A stretch of 64,000 nucleotides of DNA. Origin: Chlorokybus atmophyticus (Eukaryota; Plantae; Mesostigma and Chlorokybus algae). The notes beneath the pieces are model-generated. The model had not been told where the DNA came from. It ran no database searches and saw nothing but the letters and a program-made list of their open reading frames with translations. Position 1 is the stretch's first letter, and each line of letters opens with the position of its first letter. The translations under genes were made by a program, and so were the position numbers. Shown one piece after another: positions 37,721-50,791 of this stretch. Location: positions 186,001 through 250,000 of the forward strand of contig RHPI01002836.1 of NCBI GenBank assembly GCA_009103225.1, read 5' to 3'.

Positions 37721-40700
37721 CAGCATGGTATGGCTGCTGGAGCCGAGCTTCGCGTTGCAGGACCGCCACGTGTCCTTCGAAGATCTCGAACACTTGGCTG
37801 GGGGGTGGGCTGATCGCGTGGCCGACACCAAGGCAGCTCACACAGCCCTCGAGGTGATCCACATGGAGGAGCAAGCAGCAGTGACAGTGGAGGACATTTC
37901 TGTGGTTGCTAATGCAACCTCCTGGAACCATGCCATTGGCCCGTTGGCCACAGAAGATATTCGAGAGAACCTGGAGGCTCTCCTCAACAAATGGAAGAGC
38001 CAATTCAGCTTCAATGTGAAGGAATTGGGTACATGCTCAGTGTACCAGATGGACATCGAGCTGGTGGACACTGAGCCGGTGTTCCGACGACAATACAGGC
38101 TCTCCAAGTTGGAAGAAAACTTGGTGAAAGGATTCAGCAGGCAACTGGACAGAGCGACGCATGTGTGGCGACTATCGCCCCCTCAACAACAAGACCAAGC
38201 AAGACCGGTACCCCATGCCCACAGCGGAGGGTATTTTTGATGATGTGGGAGACTGCACAGTCTTCAGCATCCTGGACATGCGTTAGGGGTACAACCAAAT
38301 CGCCATTAGGGACGAGGACAAGCACAAGACCTCCTTCTGGGGCAACCGACAGTTGTACCAATGGAAGGTAATGCCGTTCGGGCTGAAGAATGCCCCCGCC
38401 AAGTTTCAACGCGTCATGGACAAAGCCTTGAAGGGGCTGGACTGCGCGCGGTGCTACATCGATGACATCCTCATCTTCAGCCGCAGCAACGAGAAGCATC
38501 TTCAGCACATCGAAGCGGTGCTGGAACGACTTAAGGGAGTGGGGATGACCGTACACCCCGACAAGTGTACCTTCTTCACCCACAAGGTGCCGTACTTAGG
38601 GCACATGATTGTGCCCCATGGTGTGTATGTGCAGCAGGCAAAAGTAGAGGCTCTGGCAGCTATCCCTGCCCCGACAGACCTCACACGCCTGCGCGCTTTC
38701 TTGGGACTTGCCAACTACAATCGCCGGTTCGTGAAGGACTTCGCGAAGATCGCAAGGCCCCCCAACGAGCTACTGAAGAAGGAGGTGGAGTTCGCGTGGA
38801 AGGAGCCGCAACAGCAGGCCTTCGAGGAGCTGAAGAGCAGACTCACCAGCGCTCCCATCCTTCAACGTCCGGACTACGCCAAGCCTTTCATCCTTCACAC
38901 CGACTGGAGCAAGCTGGGGATGGGAGCGGTGCTGATGCAGCACGATGAGAACAAGAAGGAGCGGGTGGTGTCATACGCCAGCCGAAGCAACAACAGCGCC
39001 GAGGCCAACTACAGCAGCTACGAAGGGGAGTGCCTCGCTGCAGTGTGGGCCATCTCCTTCTTCCGACCTTTCCTCTTTGGTCGACAGTTCCAACTGATCA
39101 CCGATCATCAGCCCCTCAAGTGGCTGATGACCAACCAACATCTGACATGGAAACTTGCTCGATGGGCCCTGCTGTTACAGGAATACGACTTCGAGATTGA
39201 CCACCGCGCTGGCCTCACCAACCAAGACGCCGATGGCCTCAGTCGCAACCCTCACCTCAGCACCAACACCGCAACTGGAGCGCGGCATGAGCTCATCCCT
39301 GCAGCAACAGCCCCCACCATGGCAGCCATGTTTGCTGCTGCCGCGTTGCGCTCAGGGCGTAAGACCAATACCACGGCCTCAGCAGTGGTAGAGGCGATTC
39401 CTGCCCTTGAGTCTACCGACCCTGCGGCAACCACACCCTTGGGAGACGCCCACGCAGCCGACATTGACGTCGATGACACGGAGCTGGCGCCCACCGACAC
39501 CAGGCAGGACATATGGCATGACAAGCCATCACTCTCCTTTCTTTAAAGTGGCCAGCTTCCCTCCGGCATGAGCGCTCGAGAGAAGGACCGGGTCAACCAA
39601 TGCACCCGTCACTATCGATGGGCAGGTGACAAGCTGTATCGCCGCGTCCACGACGAAGACAAGGAAGTGCCGACACCAGTCACGCGCGAGGGCATCATCA
39701 CTTCCCTCCACACTGAGCTTGGACACTTCGGTGTTAAGCGTACAGTCAGCCTAGTGAGGGCACAATATTGGTGGTATGGATTAACAAAACAGGTGCAAAG
39801 GTTCGTCAGCCACTGCCAGCAGTGTGACATGGTGCGCGCCAGCCTCAACACGCGTGGCGCCACCTTGCACCCACTCCCTATCTCCGGCCTCTTTTACCGA
39901 TGGGGACTCGACATCTAGGGGGACTTGGCACCCTCAGCATGTGGCAACCGTTACATCCTGGTCATGATCGAGCACTTCTTCAAATCGGTGGAGCTGGTGC
40001 CATTACCCGATAAGAGCAGCAGGGGGGTGTCTCAAGCCTTCCTCTCTCACGTTCGCAGCCGATTTGGCAGTTGCGCCGAGGTCATCACTGACCGAGGTAC
40101 TGAGTTCAGAGGGGAATTCGACACCTTCTTGGACAAATGTTACATCGACCACCGCCGTACCTCGCGTGATCACCCTCAAGCCGACGGCCTCGCCGAGCGT
40201 ACAGTACAGACCATCAAGAAGGCACTCTGCAAATACTGTGCTGGAGTACGAGAAGAACACTTGGGATGACCACCTCCCATGGGTGGCCCTTGGATATCGA
40301 TTGTCAAAGCAGGCGGCTCTGCGGGAGTACAGCCCGTACTACCTGCTGTTCGGGCGACCACCATTGCTCCCCTTCCGTGCGCAATAGGAGGTGGATCGCG
40401 TCGTGAACAACCTCGACGACCCTGACTGGATGCACCACAACATCACCACGCGCGCCGCACTTTTCGAGCGCACCGTCCCCATGGCCTTCAACAACCTGCG
40501 CATCGCGCAGCATCGCGACACGCTGCGCTACGAGCGCGTACGCAGCGGCTTTTACAAGGAGCGCCAACGGCGATTCCAAGCGGGGGACTTTGCCTATCGC
40601 ATGGCAGCCACCAAAGACACGCTTGACACCTCCGTAGGCCGCACCGTCTACAAGGTACTTAAAGTGTACCCCACAGGGGTGCTGGACCTCTTTGGTCAAA

Positions 40701-40807
40701 ACGGAGAAAGGTTGAAGGACAACATGGTGATCTGTGCGCCATGTCACCTTCCTTACGTAGCCGGCTTCGGGCGTATTCAGCACCCTCGTCCCGCGCGCAG
40801 CACACGC

Positions 40808-40947
40808 TGTGAACACTGCGGCAGCGCCGGCGACGACGCACTCATGATGCTCTGCAATGGCTGCAACAAGGGCCCTGCATTGCTACTGCCTGGAGCCACC
40901 TTTGGACACGATACCTATGGAGGAGTATTGGTGCGACGATTGCCGTA
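40808..40947 (+). other. PHD finger (C4HC3) at the integrase C-terminus, with one frameshift
   Basis: CEHC..MLCNGCNKG, then after a frame correction at ~40875, HCYCLEPPLDTIPMEEYWCDDC. Confidence 0.85.
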
Positions 40948-41016
40948 CCAACGGCCCTCCTCACTTGCGCTAACAGCTGAGCTTTGGAGCTGGAACCTTC
41001 CCAGAGCCCAGGGGGG

Positions 41017-42120
41017 GTGGCTTGTTGACTTTGTATGCTACAGCACAGCATGTTCGTAAGGAGAACACCGACTCCATCTGCCCGTACTACCCAGCAGCAG
41101 CACACCAGCTGCACGAAGCACTTGTCACCATGAGGGTGGAGGTCATCTTTCTGTTTTTGCTACGCGTTACACAGGTGGCGCAGCAGCATGTCCAGCACAG
41201 CATGGCTGTTCATGCAGCTGTCCGAGACAGCGTGACCCTCGACTCCCCTCGACCCGACAGCTGTCATGCCTATTGCCCAAGCATGCCAGTCATCATCGGG
41301 CATGCCTACAGCGAGACCCTCGCCCGGCTTACCAGCATGGCAACCCGCGCGCGTCTTTGACCAGTAGCTAGGTCTTGTCTCTAGAGTAGCTCATGACCAT
41401 AGCCTACATAGGCACCGCGCGTAGCTGTTCAGTTGTGAGTTCAGTTATAAGTCAGGTTCTATATCGAGTGGGAATTTCCTGTGGAAATAGCCTCAATATG
41501 ACCGTTAGCTTATGTTCTGGACAGTCATGAGGTGACTTGTATAAGTAGGCACAGTGTTCACCGGATCAGCTGGTGACACTGTAAGTGAGAAAGCTAAAAG
41601 CTTGTGAAGCGACTTGAACTACGAAACACACCGTCCTGGTTCCCAAGAATCCCCTCACCGTGTGAGAGCCTGTGCATGTTCTTGTGCATTGTGCTTGTCC
41701 TTGCTGTGAGCTTTGTGTACTTGGTCGCGGTGTGCTTGTTGGCATCAGTCATGGCATAGCATCCACGTGTTGCTTGCTCATTCACCTCACTTAACAGTGT
41801 AATTTCTCTTCCACTCACGCAAAGAACTGTGTAAACAGCACTACCTATAGTAGTGGCTTGTTGACTTTGTGTGCTACAGTGTCACCCTCTTTGCNGTGCT
41901 ACAGCACAGCATGTTCGTAGGGAGAACACCGACTCCATCTGCCCGTACTACCCAGCAGCAGCACACCAGCTGCACGAAGCACTTGTCGCCATGAGGGTGG
42001 AGGTCATCTTTCTGTTTTTGCTACGCGTTACACAGGTGGCGCAGCAGCATGTCCAGCACAGCATGGCTGTCCATGCAGCTGTCCGAGACAGCGTGACCCT
42101 CGACTCCCCTCGACCCGACA
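41017..42120 (+). repeat. Right-hand repeat block B1 (41017-41259), GC, A2 (41262-41879), N at 41895, B2 (41896-42120)
   Basis: Direct comparison of the sequence. The B1/A2 junction is GACAGCTGTC (41256-41265). B1 is preceded by the purine-rich AGAGCCCAGGGGGGG. Confidence 0.85.
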
Positions 42121-42124
42121 TTGC

Positions 42125-44088
42125 GCAGTGACAAGCAACAGCGCTGCTATTGCTTGTGTATGGGTTGGTGACAGCCTACCCAGTCAAGGCGATTGAAGTC
42201 GAAATTGAATGTGAGCTTGCAGACGTCGTGTCTCTTTGTTGGGATTACACCGCTGTGAGCCGCTTCGTTCAAATTGTCAACGCGCAAAGCTACGCGTTGC
42301 AGCTCCCACCATCGGTTTCAAGTCCAGGTGGGAAAATGACCATTGAAACGTTCACGTCGGACGTTGCGGCGTAGGTTGCACAGATGGGAGGCGATCGCTT
42401 TAAACAATTATTAATCGATACAAATACCGATAAACAATATTGTCGCGTGATTTGTCGCGTGGCGGATGTAGATTATTGCGAGTTTGTGCAAGCATGTATG
42501 CATGCGCTACCAACGCCATCAGTCTTAGCGCGCATGGCAAAAATCAAGGATCGGGCGCAATCGGTGGTTGCGACGATGCTGCAATTGCCCGCGTCTCATG
42601 GTCATTAGAGTATTTATGTAGTTGTACAGACACACGCGCTTTGCATGCTGCGCTAGTCATGCATGTCAACCGATTTAAGACTTGTTGCATTTTGCTTGTG
42701 GTTTGTAATGCGCTCAGCGCCTCTTTTTCAAGTTGAATCACAACAACAACTTCAACAGTTCAGCGCCTTTTCGGTTGTGGGGTTAAGGCGGACTCTGCAT
42801 TCCCTAAGCTAGCTAGCGTTGAGGCGGCATGGAGCGGAAGAATTGCGTTGAAAAAGAGGGTGCACACAGTGCAGTTCCGTCACTCTCATACAACATGTCA
42901 GCACTCTCCTCCCCTCCCCCTCTCGGCACGTGGTGTTGCCGACCAACGTAGTTTACACCTTCCCACTTGTAGAATGGACACCCCCCCCACCCACCCCCCT
43001 TCTGTCCTATTGGTTTGAGCTGCCCCAACACTGCAGGCATACAAGTGGGTGAAAGAGTATGTGTGGCTTGTGTGCGAGAGAGCGCCTATAGGAGTGCGTG
43101 TTTGTATCTGCGTGCGTAAGTGCGAGCATGCGCGTGTATCCAATCATGCCTGAGTTGACGAGGCAGTTGAATCTCACAGCATTGCCGGCATGCATTGGCC
43201 TTCCACACGCATGTCTCACTCGCAAACACCTATGCAAGCAGATGCAGCACACATGTCTGTACACAAGCGCACATACACGCAGCACCTCGCTCTTGCGGAA
43301 CGAGATGTTGTCCTTCTTTGTTATAAAGCGCACCATCACGGTCTCCGCCGCCGTATGTGGTCTCGTCTGATACCAATGCCGCATAATAGGTGGTGACAGC
43401 ACGAAGTCCTGCCCGGCTTCGCAATGAGCTCATCACCGTGCGTGCGTGCGTGCATGCGTGCGTGTGTGTGTGTGTTGGCAAGCTTTTGCCTCGCCTGCTT
43501 AATCAGTGTTATCATCTCGCTGCGCATCGCCTCCACCTGCCTCTTCTCTCCTTTTACCGCCCAAAATTGCTTGTTACCAAACAGCATAATCACTCTTTTG
43601 TTGACACAGACGCACGCACACGCGCATGCTCACCCACAGGCACGCTCACCCTCTCCTTCCCCCCTACCCTCGCCACCACCCTCACTGGAGCTGTTGTGGT
43701 TATTGTTACTGTGTCACCACCCCCTCTATGCTGCAGCAAGACAGGCCATCAGCCTCTGCCCATACACTTGCAGTACATATTTCTCACGAGTTGGGCAGCT
43801 CTCCTATGTTAACAATACTGTCCCCACTTCCTCCCCCCCCATTACGCCACCCTTAAGGCACGCGTCTGCCAGCTTCGACCAGCGGAGAGTGCCTGCGTCG
43901 CGGTGAGGAAGGTCAGGAAATATGGGTGGGTGGGCGCGTGTGCGCATGCGTGTACGCGTGCGTACGCGTACACGTACACGTACGCGTGCGTGAGTGGACA
44001 TGCGCGTGCACGTGCGTGCGCGTGCATTCCTGTGCGCACATGTGAAAGGGCGTGCATGCACGAGGAGAGGAGTAGCACACAAGTAGCC
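42125..44088. repeat. Right arm of the inverted repeat (gene Y last exon copy 4 at ~42160-42608 on the plus strand; module X inverted)
   Basis: Reverse complement of 28239-30234. Confidence 0.9.
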
Positions 44089-46427
<2,339 letters not shown>

Positions 46428-46429
46428 NG

Positions 46430-47301
46430 CTTGCTGCATCCTGTGTTCACTCTACCGCTTCAAGGCCAAGGTGAGATGTGTGGCGGCTACTTTGATCCCT
46501 TTATGCAATGCAACAGTCTGGAGTGTGCACACTGCGGCGATTGCAGCGTGTATACAAGAGAGTAAGCATGGAAGCATGCTTATTCATGTGCTCATTGGAG
46601 TATATTTGGTGGTGCAATGACAGGTAACATCGTTGCTATTTGCTCACACAGGCATTGGTGACGGCCTTGCCCAACCATGACAACCATTGAAATTGTTTGC
46701 GAGCTTGCTGGCATCGTGGCTCCAGAAGAACAGCACTTGATGCCTCAGGTGTTATTTGAGGCAAATGTTTGCTTAAGCAATTGCTGTCACAGGTGCTCTG
46801 TGAGACACATGGGCATATTATCATTGATATAGGATAAGATATTGCTTGTGTTGTCAGCTGAAGCAGTATTTGAAGTCATGCGTAGTGGACGAGGACAGCC
46901 CCGCATTGCTGTGTTGCTGGGATTTTAGCGTTGTGAGTCTTTTCGTACAAGTGGCCAACGCGCAGGGCCACTCGTTGCAGCTCCCAAGCTGGGTGTCAAG
47001 CGCGTCTGGAGAAATGACCGCTGAATCGTTTATGTCGGATGTTTTTGCGTATGTTGCGGAGATAGGGGGTGGTCGATTCGAACGATCGTTGCCTCCATGT
47101 TCGTTTGCGGAATTTGCTCGCGCAATTTGTCGCGTGGTGGATGTAAGTTGCTGCAGATTCGTGTAGGTTAGCATGCGTGCATCAGAGATGCCCAAAGTTC
47201 TTGCGCGCATGGCGCTCATACAAGATCGATCGCGACCGATAAGCACGACAATGTTGCAGTATCCTGCAGTAAACGATACTTACATTCGCATATTTGATTA
47301 G
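46430..47301 (+). pseudogene. Orphan gene family Y, copy 5 (three exon blocks; stop and frameshift)
   Basis: CCILCSLYRFKAK|gt; ag|..MTTIEIVCELAGIVAPEEQHLMPQ|gt; ag|LKQYLKSCVVDEDSPALLCCWDFSVVSLFVQVANAQG. Confidence 0.6.
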
Positions 47302-48689
47302 ATGTACATATACGTACTTTGCCAGCATTGTCTGCATTTGACATGTACTTATTCCCTGCTGTAAGGCTTTATAAAGAGCGTTTGTCTCAAGGCATTTGAT
47401 GTGTGCATCATGGTGTGTGCACAACACGTGTGTGCAACTTCTTACGCACTTGTGAACATCTGAAAAAGGCAGTGCGATTACAAGTATAATGTGCGTGCAA
47501 CAAGCACACAGCCCGGCCTAAGACTTGAGTAGGCTATGCCCCTCCCCCTACATCACACACCACTACATTACACACAAAGCCACCCACAGGGCACCCATCG
47601 TCCCACCGTTCGTTCAGCGGAAGGTGCCAACAACATTGATAAGGAGGAGCTTGTGTGGTGGCTGGAGGGGGGATGTGTTGTTTATGTTTGGCTTTGTTGT
47701 GTGGCTTAGTATGTTCCCATGCAATGTCAATAATATTCGTGTGTGCGCGCATGCGTGAGACACAAAACGCTGTGTTATAATACACAGTTGTGCGCTTGTG
47801 GATCGGTGTTACGACGGCCTTGTAGGATATCACATAAAACAAACCAATTCTTATGTACAGTGATCACAAACTTATTTACATGTGACTGTACACCCCGCTA
47901 ACCACCGTTCATCGAAGTAACAACTACTAGGTAATTAGGGGTTATGGGATCATAAGATAACGCCTCACCTATAGTCCCACGCTAGCTGTCCCCCTCGGCC
48001 GGCCCTGTAACGATGCTCATGCTCACATACACATCACACAAGTCATACAACACATGTGTGCAGCTGAGCACAGTCTTCACACCGGAACCTTGCCTTCTCC
48101 CGCGCACGCACGCACGCGTCGAGCACGCACACGCACACGAACACTACTACTTCCTACGCCAAGCAAGAACGCATTAGTGTGCCTTGGATCATGCCTCTCT
48201 TAAGCATAAACCAGCATACTCACAGCAGAGAGCAAAAAGCAAAGTTGGTATTACACAGGGGTTTTTCCTATTATACAAGCACAAGGAAATAGCATCCTAA
48301 TTAACAGGCAATTTATTCACTACCAAATCTAAAAGATGGGTTCAAGTGCAGGCTGCTGCCACTCGCGTCGAGTCGGCGCACTGTGCAGTTCGCGTCACAT
48401 CATGTGCCTCTCGGCGTCACACGTCGGCATCTGACTGTGCAGTCCGCGTCACCTGGCACTGCACAGCGCGGGTCCAGTCAGCAACGACGTCACTGCTGCC
48501 TGGCAGTAGGTCACGTCGCCGGCAGGCAGCTGCTGTTGGGCTGGTCGCAGGAGAAGTCGCGCGCGGCAGCAGAGTCGACGCAAAAGGGCCTAATAAAGCT
48601 TTACCAAAGCCTTTATTAAGCCAGCAAAAAAGGCAAAGCAAGTGCTTTATGTACAATACAAAGTACAGGGAATGCTCCAGGCTGTTACA

Positions 48690-49640
48690 CCCCTTCCCCC
48701 CTTGGGGAGCTTTGTCCTCAAGCTGACGAGTGCCTCCTCTGGCTTTGTACTCCTGCAAAATCTGGTTGGCATTGGTGAAGCTCTCCTCGGGTTCGTACGT
48801 AGCCTCGTGCATCGGATAGCCGCGCCACTTCACCAAGTACTTGCGCACACCTCCCATCAGCTTGTCCTTGATGATTGCCTCCACCTCCCACTCAGCTTGG
48901 CCCTCACGAACCAAAACCTGAGGCGGACGGTGGCGGCTCCCCCTTGTAAGCTTTAAGGAGCGAGACATAAAAAACGGGGTGCACGCGCATGGTATCGGGC
49001 AGCTCCAGCTTGTAGGCTTTGTCCGAGATGACCTTGATCACTTTGAAAGGTCCCAACCATTGCTCACTCAGCTTGCGCACACCCGTAACCAGCTGCATGC
49101 TTTGTCGAGAGCATCACACGGTCACCCTCCGAAAAGACAATACGCTTGCGATGCACATCGGCGTATTGTTTTTGCCTGTTTTGTGCCACAATCAGAGCCT
49201 CACGAGCTGCCTTGCTGATGTTTGCACACTTCGAGAAAGCCATCCACGGCCTCTACATCTGAACATTGCATGCTAGGCGCCCATGCCATCAACGGCGTCA
49301 ACGGATGTTGCCCATAGTTCATGAGAAAAGGTGTCACGCCCGTGCTTGCACTGTTGTGGTTGTTGATGGTAAACTCAATCAGCTCCAGCATGTCTCCCCA
49401 ATTGTCTTGTCGGCTGTTCACATAGCACCGTAACATGTCCTCAACCACACGGTTGGTGCGTTCAGTTTGGCCGTCCGTCTCGGGGTGGTATGCAATGCTG
49501 AACTTCAAGGTCGTGCCCAAAGCTGAATGGAGAGCCTTCCAAAAGTTTCCCGTGAACCGCGGGTCCCTATCACTTACAATGCTCCTCGGGAGGCCATGAG
49601 AGCGCACCACATGCTTGATGAACAACTTGGCAGCCTCTGA
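48690..49640 (-). pseudogene. pol: Integrase C-terminal half, GPF motif and chromodomain
   Basis: LFIKHVVRSHGLPRSIVSDRDPRFTGNFW...HPETDGQTERTN; WLGPFKVIKVISDKAYKLELP; WEVEAIIKDKL..RKYLVKWRGYPMHEATYEPEE. Confidence 0.9.
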
Positions 49641-49744
49641 TATGCCTCTGATACGCAGTGGTATCGGAGCCCTTGGGAGGGTTGGGTTTCTTGTTTAAAG
49701 GGGATTTTAACTATATCTCTAGTGTGTGAGGTATTTTTCTGTTT

Positions 49745-50791
49745 ATGGACGTTATCATGGATGATGCATGTGTTGTGGAGCTTCAGCAAGTGCTGGTGGC
49801 TGCTCATGGGGAGCTGCAACGTGTTCAAGCATCTGCCCAAGCTCAAGCGGCACAATTTCAAGAAGTCTTGGCGCAAGCGCGTGCGGCTACGCCTATTGCT
49901 GCACCTGTGGCTCTTCCACCAGCCTCTCGTCACGTGAAAGTGCAAAAACCGAAGCCATTCAAGGGCCAGAGGGAAGGTGACTGCGTCGAGGAATGGGTGT
50001 TTGCTGTCTCTTCATGGTTGAAGCTTACCGAGGTACCCGTACATCTCCATGTCGATGTGGATGCTACTTTCTTTGAGGGAGCTGCACTTGTGTGGTGGCG
50101 TCATCGTTGTGCTCGTGTGGAAGCTGGTCTTGAGGTTCCCTTTATCACCGTGGCTGAGCTAGCCGTTGAGGTGACGAAACAGTTCGTACCGGTGCAAAGC
50201 ATGAAGACGGCACGCGATCAGCTCTCTATACTTGTGCAAACGCAGTCCGTGATGGCCTATACCTCTGCGTTTCAGCGTCTTGTGCTCTCCATACCCAACA
50301 TAACTGAGGAGGAGCAGCTGGACCGCTACACGCGCGGGTTGAAGACTCTTTGTCGCAAGGAAGTTCAGCTTCGTGACGCCAAGTCTCTTGCGGAGGCCAT
50401 TCGCATCGCCGAGCGTACGGACGTGTTGTATTTCAAGGGTACTGCCAAAGACACTGATCGTGGGCGCTTCACTCAATCACGGGGAGGTTCGTATCGCTCA
50501 TACACACCTTTTGGAGCTGCTTCGGGAGCTGCAACGGCTGCGGGGGCTGGCTCGGGACCTACACCAATGGAGTTGGGTGTTCTCCATGCTTCAAAGAGGG
50601 GTGTGAAGGGTCGGGAAGATGCCAAGGCAGTTCGGAAGTGTTGGGAGTGCTCTTTCACTGAACATATGCGCTCCAACTGTCCCATCTTCAAGGCAAAGTC
50701 GGCTGCACATGCACGCAACGCGCGCGGTGGTGGACGTGTGAATACGGTGGAGGAGGAGATGTTGCAGTCGGGAAAGGGCTCACCTCAGTAG
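49745..50791 (+). CDS. gag: Retrotransposon Gag (inverted internal copy), 348 aa
   Basis: KVQKPKPFKG...WVFAVSSW; SVMAYTSAFQRL; PTPMELG; a degenerate knuckle CWECSFTEHMRSNC; preceded by a PBS at ~49658. Confidence 0.85.
   Translation: MDVIMDDACVVELQQVLVAAHGELQRVQASAQAQAAQFQEVLAQARAATPIAAPVALPPASRHVKVQKPKPFKGQREGDCVEEWVFAVSSWLKLTEVPVHLHVDVDATFFEGAALVWWRHRCARVEAGLEVPFITVAELAVEVTKQFVPVQSMKTARDQLSILVQTQSVMAYTSAFQRLVLSIPNITEEEQLDRYTRGLKTLCRKEVQLRDAKSLAEAIRIAERTDVLYFKGTAKDTDRGRFTQSRGGSYRSYTPFGAASGAATAAGAGSGPTPMELGVLHASKRGVKGREDAKAVRKCWECSFTEHMRSNCPIFKAKSAAHARNARGGGRVNTVEEEMLQSGKGSPQ

Larger units (their letters stand above)
33717..40950 (+). pseudogene. pol: ORF2/pol: unknown N-terminal region, aspartic protease, C5-MTase, RT, RNase H, integrase, PHD finger; multiple stops and frameshifts
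   Basis: Protease VLLDTGAQ (~36056); RT YIDD in ORF 38353-39546; RNase H HTDWSKLGMGAVL...YEGECLAAVW; integrase HHCC (LHTELGH...CQQC) and D-D-E (GLD, ITD, LAE). The ORFs at 33717, 34443, 34710, 35418 and 35715 share one frame. Confidence 0.85.
31092..42120 (+). mobile_element. Ty3/Gypsy retrotransposon carrying a C5 DNA methyltransferase and a PHD finger, with split direct repeats; decayed
   Basis: Termini TGTC...GACA; TSD TTGC at 31088-31091 and 42121-42124; the empty site GTTGTGG-TTGC-GCAGTG is visible in the other palindrome arm (~30228-30245, minus strand). Domain order is gag, PR, DNMT, RT, RH, IN, with RH before IN (the Gypsy order). Confidence 0.92.

Noticed and set aside
31092-42120. 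Classifying the element as DIRS/Ngaro because of the split repeats
   Set aside because: It has an aspartic protease, a DDE integrase with HHCC, TG..CA ends and a 4-bp TSD, and no tyrosine recombinase motif was recognised. The DNMT is C5-type, not the adenine methylase of DIRS elements.
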